Positions 26,180-38,100 of a stretch of DNA of 64,000 bases are shown here, piece by piece. Numbering within the stretch: position 1 is the first letter of the stretch; every line of letters starts with the position of its first letter. Source of the stretch: Mytilus trossulus (lineage: Eukaryota); assembly GCF_036588685.1 (NCBI RefSeq), contig NC_086379.1, positions 3,968,001 through 4,032,000 on the forward strand, read 5' to 3'. A model generated the notes under the pieces. That model did no database searches. It was not told the origin of the DNA and saw nothing but the letters and a program-made list of their open reading frames with translations. A program made the position numbers and the translations under genes.

Positions 26180-29100
26180 TTATTCTAATTCAAGATAATG
26201 ACCGACATCTTCGGGGTACTCTTCTGTTTCATCACTCTTAACACTTGTCTCAGTATTGTTGGAAGCAGTTGGAACTAAGTAATCATCACCAATTTCTTCA
26301 TAGGGAGAGGTGAGGTCGTAAATATTCACATTGTTGATGTTTTCAGGTGCAGCCAAATATCTGAAATATATGACTTCTATTTTATGAAATATTTTTGATA
26401 TTGAATAGCAATAAATGATTTTTATCAAGCAAAAAAAAATGTAATATTGCAATTTTATGTACGGCAAGATATTTTCATTTAAATATATTGTATATACATA
26501 TTATAATAAGACTTTACAATAGCGTTACATTTGTAAATATTTATATGTTAATAATATACAATAGTTTTCGATTCAGGAATATACATAGCAATAAATGAAA
26601 AATGCTTTTTTCTTCCGTTGTTTTTTCTCATTTCAAATATTTCAAAATCAATATTGAAACATCTTTCCAATTTTTTCTCTGCAAGGATACCAACCAAAAA
26701 AGTCAAATGCTAAACCTGACATATAGAACAATGTCATTAACAATAATTACGGTACCACTTTTACTGTATAAGTTTAGCATTGTTGGCAACAATTCCTGTC
26801 ATTAAAGCTCGAGACCAAACTATTTAAAAAAAAGTTCACTTATTTAAAAGTGAGGAGCTGATAAAAACCAACTTGAAAAGTGTGTTGCTAAAGACTAATC
26901 ATTAATGATCAAAATGTAAATTTCAATGATAAAAAGTTTTCGAATTCATACCGTTTTTGACAGATCGTACCTCAAATTACGTCATAAACGTTTACAATTT
27001 TTAGAGCGTCATTTGTGATTATTTTGTACATGAAACGCGTTAAGTCGCGTACACATTCTAAATTCTTGTATCGTCTATGAAGAGTTTATTTGCAACCACT
27101 GGGTCGAAGCCACTGTTAGTTAGGTTTGATCCCCGATTATATCATTAGGCCAGTAGTCAGCATTTCTGTGTTGACATGAGTTGTCATCGATAAGGTCATA
27201 ACTATGAACTAACTGTATACACATTTTGGATTTTATCGAAGTACTTATGATTGTATTCTCCAGGAGTAGATTACCAGAGCAGAATTCGGCAAACTCCTGT
27301 TTAGTGTTGAAATCAGAAATGATCTGGAACTACGTATTTAATTGTTTTTTTAAACACTATTATGTTGATCCGAGGGTCACGTATGAGTCTTTTTAAAACA
27401 AAACGCGTGTCTGATATACACATGTTTTATCCTGATATTTTTGATGATAGATATAGGAAGATGTGGTGTGAGTGCCAATGAGACAACTCTCCATCCAAAT
27501 AACAATTTAAAAAGTAAACCATTATAGGTTAAAGTACGGCCTTCAACACGGAAATTCAACATATTGATATAAAAAAAGAAGATGTGGCATGATGGCCAAT
27601 GAGACAACTCTCCACACGAGACCAAATGACACCGAAATTAACAACTATAAATTACCGTAATGCTTTTAACAATGACCAAAGCCCATACAGAATAGTCAGA
27701 TATAAAATGACAAATGTAAAACAATTCAAACGTGAAAACTAACGGTTTAATGTATGAAAAAGAAATTAACACAAAACAAAACAACAAATAACAACCACTG
27801 CATCACAGGCTCCTGACTTGGGACGGGCACATGTATTAAGAAATTGCGGGGTTAATCATGTTAGCGGGATCCCAACCCTTCCCTAACCTTAGATAGCGGA
27901 TGCTACAGTACAACATAAGAACGAGCAAAAAAAAAAGGCTTAACTTATCAAATGATACCAAAAGAAATAAACAAAAACACAGGGTGAACGTGGCCCAGCT
28001 TCTTGTATATTCCAAAAACAAAAAGACACTTGGTATTGATCTGAGAGTATTCGCAGTTACTAACAGCTAGTTCAAAGCCGCTAACAACTCATATAAAAAA
28101 ATCATGCATCTAAGACTCAATGAACAGGTTATATTCTATGTCATTAATATATCTCTACAAAACGTGTCAACCAAAGGGATGATAAACTGTTCAGCTTCAA
28201 ATATAAGATTTAAATAAAGATGTTATTGTACTCTGTTAAGGATCAATCAACATTATACGTATAAATGGATTTTTCTGACACTTAACATCACATTTACTAT
28301 GAAGTTAAAGCTTTTAAAATTTTAATTACACTCTTAAAACATCTTGTATTTCTACCAACCTTGGACAGAAGCTTGTAAATGATGAAGCAAGTATATAGAA
28401 GAATTTTGTAATTTTCACCCTGTTTTTCTTCATATTACTTATAAATGGACTAGCTAGCATTACATACAGTCTGCAGTTAAAACTTGTAAAACATGCATAA
28501 GATTCATAAACCATCATGGAGTTTTAATAAAATTTGACTGTAGCTTCTTACAATCAACCGATAGTATATCAAGAAGAAAATCTGTTAAATGATTTTTCAC
28601 CATTTTTGAGTCTGTGACTAACAGCACAAGTAGATTAGACACTGGGTTCCGCGGAACCCTTACGAATTTTGTTCATGCACTAATTTATAACAAATACCAC
28701 TTAGTCTAGATAGTCTTGAACAAGTTTAACTAGCAATAAATGGTTTGGTTTCAGTAATTTTACTTCTACACAAAGCTTCAATTTGATTTATCTAGACATA
28801 TCTCGTAAAAATAAAACAAATAACAACAAATGCAAATAACACTTATTGACTTATTGCGTCAGAAGGGCTTTTCTTGATTTAGATTTACCTGGTTACGCCC
28901 CAACCTACACTTGTGAAAGTCAGCAATGTATATACACATAAAACATAAAAAGCCGAGGAACCAACACAGAACTAAAAACGATAGCCAAGTAGGTATTGTC
29001 AAGTTCCTTGAAGGAGTTTTAATCCTAGCCTGTCAGTATCTAGCACCAACTACTGATCTGTTGATAATATTGAGGACCTACTGTATATCAAAAGTGTTGT

Positions 29101-32100
29101 AAATGTACAAGTTAGAAATATCAAGGATGTTCATGAAGTATATTTGTCGGGAATGATAACAAACATTCACCCATACAACAAATACAACGAAATACTAGAA
29201 AGGTGTGTCAACTATCCATATACAATTTGTAGACAACTTTTAATCAATACATTACACAAATATAATATATAACTCTACTCACATAGCTCTAGAGGCAGTC
29301 AGTACCTGTGAATCTATAAGAAATTTAATTATCATCAATGATGATGACGTATTTAGCTATCAATTAATTTGACCATTTCGTCGTCAGTTTAATAAAAAAA
29401 AAATCATATTTTCTTTGTTCTTTAACACTTTGAATTGTTTTACATTTTTTTTGGGGTCCTTTTATAGCTGACTATGTGGTATGGGATTAGCCCATTGTTG
29501 AAGGCCGTTGGGTGATATGTAGTTGTTAATTTCTGTTTCATTTTTGTCTCTTGTGGATAGTTGTCTCTTCAGCAATCATAACACATCTCATTTTTTTATA
29601 TGTGATTTTGTAAAAATAAGATATATTAAAAATGTTATTGTTGTTTGTTGTTGATGTATATTTTATCTGTAAAGAGTTCCTTAAAATTCAGCTACGAATA
29701 TCTAAATAAAATCTTTAATGATTTAATAAAAGGTAATTATGATCCATTTCAAAAGGTAGGTATAAATATATTTAAAACATAACAGTTACTGTGCATGCAT
29801 TTACATGTACAGAAAGATGGGTGGATAAATCAATTGCGCAAATATAGTTTTAAACAATTACTTGTAATAGTTCAGCTTTTAAATTTCAGCAAAGCAACCA
29901 AAGACTGAATATTGGCATTTGCAGCTTATATTACAACAACTGACAAAATCAATGCATAGGAAATTACAGTAAAATTTGGAATGACTCCAACATGAGATAA
30001 AAAAATCACTTTCTGAATTGAAAAATCTTTATTCTGTAATCCTTTTTTAAGTTGCTAGCTTTTAAATTGGTGTTATGAATTGACACATTTACTTGTTATA
30101 ATACTTACTTCGTCTGTGGCGGCAGATCAAAGCAGTTGATAAAATAACTGTTATCAAAAGTAAAATCGTTCCAAATGATAGCCAGCTGAACAGTCTTAAG
30201 TTAAAAACATTAGAGCCTACTAAAAATAAATATCACATTAAATTAATGATCAGGTTTTTTTTAAAGTTTAAGAACCGATCTATATCGATAAGTTTGTTTT
30301 TGGTGTTTAACAACCATTCTGTCTCCCAAAAAAAGACCACGATGAAAGAAAGCCTCCATTTTCTTTAGTTGTATATTTAAGGTATATAAAATTGATAAAT
30401 AATTGCTTCATTATAACAACTTGCAACCGACCATTCTTTCGCATGTTTCATTCTATTATCCAATCAAGAGGCATTGACGTAGATATCAAATTTTTTTTTG
30501 ATTTTTTAAGAGACGTAGAGATTTTGTTTCGTGTTATTCTTGCTTTTTATTTTAGCGTTATAACATGTATAATGAGTGCCTTTTACATTTCAATTTTCTG
30601 TGTTGTTTCTACTGGTTTCAGTCATCCGTTTGTTGGTCCATATAAACAAACTGCATATCTATTATTGTTATAGTGGTTTTTTTTTATAAATACTGTTCCA
30701 AACATTAACAATTATTTTCATAAAGTCTTCTTTATTCAGATTATTCCAAATTTTTCTAAATGTCACGAAGAATACATAATAAACATGTCTAAGTTGCCTT
30801 TAAATAATTGTTTATTAGTTTGTTTTGTCAACCCTGTGTGTTTATAGCATTTCTGATAGACTAGTTCATTTTTAAAACAATTGTTAATGGCATGTAGCTG
30901 TTTACTACATTAAGTTTGTTTCTTAACGGATTTTTGTTTCTTAAAAGAAAGGAATTGACATGTCTTTTTGTTTCTTCAATGCGCATGTTGTGACTTTGCA
31001 TGACATAAATTCTTTTCTGATACATTGTGATATGTACAGGATATTGTATTCTTTAAGACAAAGATGAGACCAAACGAAATACCACAATACATTGATGGTT
31101 AATATTTAATTTTTGTGGTATATAGACGCAAGAAGATCTGATATAAGAGCGAAGGAGACAACTCTCCATCCGAGTAAAATTTTGTAAAAAGTCAAAAATT
31201 ATAGGTGAAATCGTTATTAAATGTACCAGGCTTATAATTCAATACGTCAGACGCGCGTTTTGTCTACAGAAACTCAACGATGACGCTCAGATCAAAATAG
31301 TTATAAAGCCAAACAAGTTCAAAGTTGAAGAGCATTGAGAGCCCAAAATTCCCAAAAAATATACCAAATACGGCTAAGATAATTTATGCCAACGATAGGA
31401 AAATCCAGAGTATTTCGAAAAAATCATATATGTTATATGGTATGATACTAAACCCCTCACGGGAAGTAGTGTGCCTGATATTCATAAGATGAAGACATAC
31501 TCTTTCAATCAGTTTAATTGTAGTCTGGATCTGGCATGTCAGTTAACTGCTAGTAGTCTGATGTTATTTATGTATTATTGTCATTTTGTTTATTTTCTTT
31601 GGTTACATCTTCTGGCATCAGAATCAGACTTCTCTTGAACTGAATTTTAATGTGCGTATTGTTATGCGTTTACTTTTCTGCAATGGCTAGATGTAAGGGG
31701 GAGAGTTGAGATCTCATTAACATGTTCAACCCCGCTGTAATTTTGTACCTGTCCCAAGTCAGGATCCTCTGGTCTTTAGTAGTCTGGATTATTTTTAATT
31801 CTAGTTGCTTGTGTACAATTTGAAGTTTAGTATTGCGTTCTTTATCACTGAACTAATATATATATTTGTTTAGGGGCCAGCTGAAGGACGCCTCCAGGAG
31901 CGGGAATGTTTTGCTGCCTTGAAGACCTGTTGGTGACTTTCTGATGTTGTCTGCTGTTTGGTCGGGTTGTTGTTTCTTTGACACATTCCCCATTTCCATT
32001 CTCAATTTTTTTCTGAAAACAAGCAATTTATAAAAATAACAAATTGAATAATTTTCGGAATTTTAAATCCTCAATGCTCTTCAACTTCATACTTGTTTGG

Positions 32101-35100
32101 CTTTATAAATATTTTGATATGAGCGTCACTGATGAGTCTTATGTAGACGAAACGCGCGTCTGGCGTACTGAATTATAATCCTGGTACCTTTGATAACTAT
32201 TTACACCACTGGGTCGATGCCACTGCTGGTGGACGTTTCGTCATCGAGGGTATCACCAGCCCAGTAGTCAGCACTTCGGGGTTGACATGAATATCAATTA
32301 TGTGGTCATTTTTATAAATTTCCTGAATATAAAACTTTGAATTTTCGAAAAACTAAGGATTTTCTTATCCCAGGAATAGATTACATTAGCCGTAATTGGC
32401 ACCACTTTTCGGAATTTTAGATCCTCCATGCTCTTCAACTTCGTACTTGTTTGGCTTTATAAATATTTTGATATGAGCGTCACTGATGAGTCTTATGTAG
32501 ACGAAACGCGCGTCTGGCGTACTAAATTATAATCCTGGTACCTTTGATAACTATCAACACTGAAGTGCTGATTACTGTACGGACTACAATACCGAACCTT
32601 TGAATTTTAATCACGAGGAATTACATTGAAAGAGTGTTATAGATCCTTAATAAGTAGGAAAAGTAAAGTAATACCATTATCATGATTGTTGAATTCAAAT
32701 TCCATTTTTGTCGTTCCATACTCATTATCAATCAAAAGATAGCACTTAAATATAGCGTAGTCGTTACTGACTGTGAGATTTGCGATGTAACCATTGTGGG
32801 TTAAAATTTTCCCATACATTCTTATCACTAAAACATCTTTCGACATATTTTGGAAATATTGTGTTGAGTTTGGTAGCAGCATTGTTTTGTAAAACCATCT
32901 CGGGTTATATGGTCTCTTTACTGATAAAAACTTGACAGATAATGTCACAGCTTTGTCAATCGTTATAATTTTGTCAATTTCCACAGGAGGACCTGGATGA
33001 AAAACAAAATGATAAAATGAAATTTCATTAAAAATTCAGAATTGAAAAAATCTCATTACCAGGGAAAACATTATATACTTATTTTTATAAAAATAAGGCT
33101 GTTTGTTTTCTTGTTTGAATTGTTTTACATAGTCATTTCGGGGCCTTTTATAGCTGACTATGCGGTATGGGATTTGGTCATTGTTGTAGGCCATACTGTG
33201 GTGTAAAGTTGCTAATTTATGTGTCGTTTTGGTCTCTTTTGAATAGTTGTCTCATTGGCAATCATACCACATCTTCTTTTTAATGTTTATTTGTTCACGT
33301 ACATTTTACGTGCTGTATTTAGAATTGATCCCTGCTTCAATATGACAAAATTAGTATGCACGATCATCCTGACGCTTCGGCATTTGCCATTGGATGTGAA
33401 GCAACCAACATTCAATTAATCATAATGCACTCTTGAGGTTTTTAAAGCATTTGTTTAACCATATGTTTGTTTTTCAATACTATATTGATTTTTGTCATTT
33501 ATAATATTTATCTCAGCATAATAATCAATTAAGATATAAACCTCTTTGAACAAAATACTGATCAAGATGATTTTAAATTGAATATGCAACCGAATAAAAA
33601 TGCATTGCTATGAAACTGCAAGATAAACATAAAAATAATAAGATTATAAACGAACTACTAAATTAGAATTGACTAAGTATAATCTACATCTGTCATAACT
33701 ATATATATTTACAGTTACAAATGTGTGTTTTTTTATTTTGTTTTTGTTGTAGTTGTTGAAAACACCGGCTCATTATTACACCAAAAAGTGCACGCAGATT
33801 GCATAATTTATTTTTTTAAGTATTGAGTTGAATCAAAATTCTAAGTTTTGAAACGTCAGTCATTTAACTAATTATTGATTAACGAATCAATTTTGGAGGT
33901 GATGCTTACTAATTGATACATTTAGTTGTACATTAAAAACTATTAATTGTTGTTTTTAAAATATTTTAAATCATTGTTATTCACGGCATTTAACAGATTA
34001 TTAGGCCACACCAATTTAATTTCTTGTTTTACGGATTTTTGGACTTCAAAAAATGGGGCGAGCGAGCGATTTGAAAATTTTAATAAAAAAATATTTAATT
34101 TGCACATTTTTGAGGCGAAGCTTAAAAAGTAAAGGCGAGCGATTATAATTTTTTTTTTGTAAATATAAAATAGGAGGTTTTGACTATATTAAAACTTGAT
34201 TTATCACTTGTACCTTGACATTTCTTTAATTTATGAAATATTTTTTCCCTGTTCAACAAGAAATAATTGAATAATTAAATCTGGTCTATGTATGTGTGAC
34301 TGACAATGAGACAATTCTCCATCCAAGTCATAATTAGGTTCAGAACAACCCCTTAATGTAATGAATATCCCTTTTATGAGGGGTCATATAAGTTATAATA
34401 TATTTTTTTTGTAAAAACACTTCAAGTACAAAAGGGCTAATATTTTCCCAAAGAAATATAATATTTGGTATTAAATGGTCAAAACATATCCAAGAATTTT
34501 GTAATATTCCTGGACTTTAACCTTGTTAACACCTTTACTTTAACAGTTTAATATTATTCAAAATAAAAAATGTAAGTGGACCCATCCCTCTTTTAGAAAA
34601 GTGGTTTAAAATATGATGTATTTCTCCTCAATTTGAGTAAAACATTCTAAGTTGTCAAAGATTTTGTATAGTAGCACTATACAAGTCCTTAGTATTTCTA
34701 TTTTCTTTTCTACATCAGTAGATATGGTAAAATGACCCCTTCAGGGCCCTTGTCTGAGGGAGGGTTGTTCCAAACCTGATAATAACAAACATAAGTCAAA
34801 GTACGGCCTTTTACACAGAGCTTTGATCCAGACCAACCAGCAACCTATAAGGCACCACAACTTAGTATTGTACACAATTCGAACAGGAAAACCAACGATC
34901 GAATTTATATTTCCAAACGGGAAAACACCAATGAACCTGCCACATCAACAAACGATAACGGCTGAACAATAGGTCCCTTAATAAACCTGAACAGGTGCAC
35001 AAACCTGCAGCGGACATGACCGTCACCATACTTTATAATTGCAGTTGAAGGCAAATCCTTCAGGAGTTCTTTGTACTTTATTTCCACGAACATTTTGTTA

Positions 35101-38100
35101 TAGGGAATATAAGTTAGGGGGAAAGAAACCAACGTTTTGTTCTGTACTGGTATTTCCGGTTATATATTTACTTGTCCTGCTTCCATTTATATCGGAGCAC
35201 TCCCAGGTGAAATAAATTAATTGGTTTCATGCTGAAACAAATATTCTCGCAGATATTTACAGTGTTGTGGGGTACTGATAGGTTTAAAATCGTTATATAA
35301 AGGCTAGACTGTGATTTATAAACAAATGTTGAGATCTTTTTATAATAATTACAAAAAAAACGGTGCGGGAAATGGACATGATTTCATTTCCGGATGCGGG
35401 AAGCGGGAAAATAATAAAAATAAAAAAAATCTGTTTTGAAAAAAATAGATGCAGGCCGGTCCGTCGAACAAGGAATCAAATTGGTGTGGCCTTAGGACAT
35501 TTAATTAATGATGCCTCAGCGTAGTTAATAAGATGACACATGTACATAAATAGATTAGCTACCGTTAACGGTCACACTAGTAAAACTTTTTTGATGTAAC
35601 ATCTGTTGAGAGTCTTTGTTCCATGCTTCACAGATGTATTCACCATTGTCTTCATAATTACAAGAATCAATTGATAGAAATGAAATATTCCCCGTTACAT
35701 TTCCTGCCTCAGATCTTATAAATGTTCCATGAAATCTGTGCTCAAACGGTGAGAATCCAAATTCTGACATTTCGCCACTGATTGTGCATGATATAATGAC
35801 GGAATCTGTGTTATTGCAGAATATCTTATCATTGATATCAAGAATCGGTGCTCCTGGAATTTAAAATTTTCAAAGGTTTCAAAATTAAAGTAAAATAAAA
35901 AGACCCGTTCTGTATGTAACCTTCATAAGTAGTTATTTCTTTATGGGAAATATATTATCGTTTACCGTACAATTTGCAAAGTAAACCAAATTTTTGCCTA
36001 CTATAGCAATTTGTATATGCCGTAATCTCCTAGGGTTATCGTCAATTGTCAACTGTTTTTAATAGTGTTTGTACAAAAAATCTGTCAGTGCACCCGAAAA
36101 AGGCAGTACTACTTGTGGTGTTTGAATTCAATGTGAACCAATTGTTTTATTTTACATTGTTGTCCATTTTTTGCTTAAACCATCGAATCACTTTTTTTCT
36201 TTCCTATTTGACCTGTTTACCTTAATGTTTTTTGTTGATTTTCCTTGCAGCGCATACGCAACACTATTTGTCTACTCTATTCGACATATTTCTAAGTTCA
36301 TGGGCTACAGGATTTTGGATAATTTCACGCTTTGTACACCAATATCAAAATGATATTGTACGATCAATTCGATATCTTCTTATATTTGATCAATCACCAA
36401 TTTATTAGCACAATGTTACCCATTAACAGCGTACGATTTTATAAAACACTCATCTAGAATACAGCAGACCCTAACTTAGATATTTATCATTACTTGATGC
36501 TATAAACGAGACATACATGTATGCACAAATATACGTAAATGTCAAATCTGGATTAAAAAATATTGACAATGATATTATTTAAACATGAAGTAAAAACAAG
36601 TAATAAAGCTGAATAAGGTCACAATAAAGCAACACAAGCTATCTCATAACTCTAAATTATCATATTAGTTATGTCAAACAATTGGAAGGTATAGCTTGCT
36701 AACTGTTAACCCAGGTTTAATCTACAATTTTCTACATAAAGAAATGTCTTCACTAAGTCAGGAATGCGACAGTTGTTTTCCATTCGTTTGATTTGTTTCA
36801 GCTTTTGAATTTGCCAGTTGATAGGGAATTTCCGATTTGAATTTTCCTTTGAAATCGGTGTAATTTCTATTTTACTTTTCACTTACATCTATGTAGTGAT
36901 AAAAAAAAACATGTTTATGCAATTATATAGATGTGGTGTAGTCAATCATATAGTACTTACTATTTACATGCAGTTTGATTGAAGATGACTTTGTAATCAC
37001 GCCTGAGGCTTTACATGAACACTTTGTTCCATTGTCTAACGACGTCACCATTTTGGAAAATTTAGCGACGTATGTATTATTTTCACGCTCACTTGTTTGA
37101 ACAATTCTGTCAAGACATTGCATGCGAATATGGAATAGGGAATTCGTGGAAATTGTTCTGCACGTTATTGCAACAACACTGCCGGCAGATAGCGGCAATT
37201 CTTTATCGAATAAAATGAATGGACCGTTTATATCTGCAACAAGAAGTGAAATAAAATGGAGAAATACGTTTCCACAGATAATCATACAAATATAAATATA
37301 ATTGAAAATGTCGTTTGTTTCCTTGATATTTGTTAATAGTTTTGTCTTTCTTTAAAATTTGAATCTCACTGACGCAGTTGATCACTGTGTCAGGTTCACA
37401 TTTCGTTATTACAAATATAAAGTCTTGTTTTTTTTTTTGTAATGCTTACAAAAGAATGGTGAGAATGAACTTTGTTTTATACGCACCAACTACTGATACA
37501 AAAAGGCAATCAGATAATGAGCCAAACATCTTGAAATCCATAGAACATCGAAATGCTAAGTCTCCTGTATCTAATTCTGAAAAATACTGCAACGTGAAAC
37601 TTCTTCCATCTGCCAAACACTGGCACATATGCCTTTTACAATCTGATGCCTCCAGGCTTGAGAAACAGCCGCTTGCATTTTTACTTATCTTTGTATAAAA
37701 CTGGTTGTTAACATAAAAATAAACCGCCGAAACAGTCGATTCTGTATTTGAGGTACACAAGAGAGAAATCGTTTGTTGCCTTTGGACAAATTTCGGTCCA
37801 CTTAAAGTTATTCTCGGCGATACGATAAACCCTGAAAAAGTAAGACCTCATTAGTTTAGTTTGTACAACTTGAACGATACACAATTGTAAATGATAATGA
37901 CTTGTTATTATTTCAAATATTGCACGACGGTTCCAACCAATCAAATCAATCAAGAAACAGCAATTTGAAGATAACCGTTAGTGAACTATCGAAACAACTA
38001 CTGACAGTATTCCCTCGGTCTAAATGGCAATATCAAAGAACAATGGAATATACAACATTATCATTTAAAACTGTTTACTCCGGTGAGGGGGGAGGGGTTG

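Larger units (their letters stand above)
32052..32554 (+). mobile_element. Non-LTR retrozyme-like tandem repeat (354-nt unit, ~1.4 copies)
   Basis: Direct repeat 32052-32200 vs 32406-32554, with each copy containing a hammerhead. Confidence 0.82.

Noticed and set aside
32226-32260. Antisense hammerhead-like string CTGGTGA...GAAACGTC in the retrozyme unit
   Set aside because: The essential CUGA is CUGG, stem I does not form, and CTGGTG pairs with CACCAG instead; at most a vestige.
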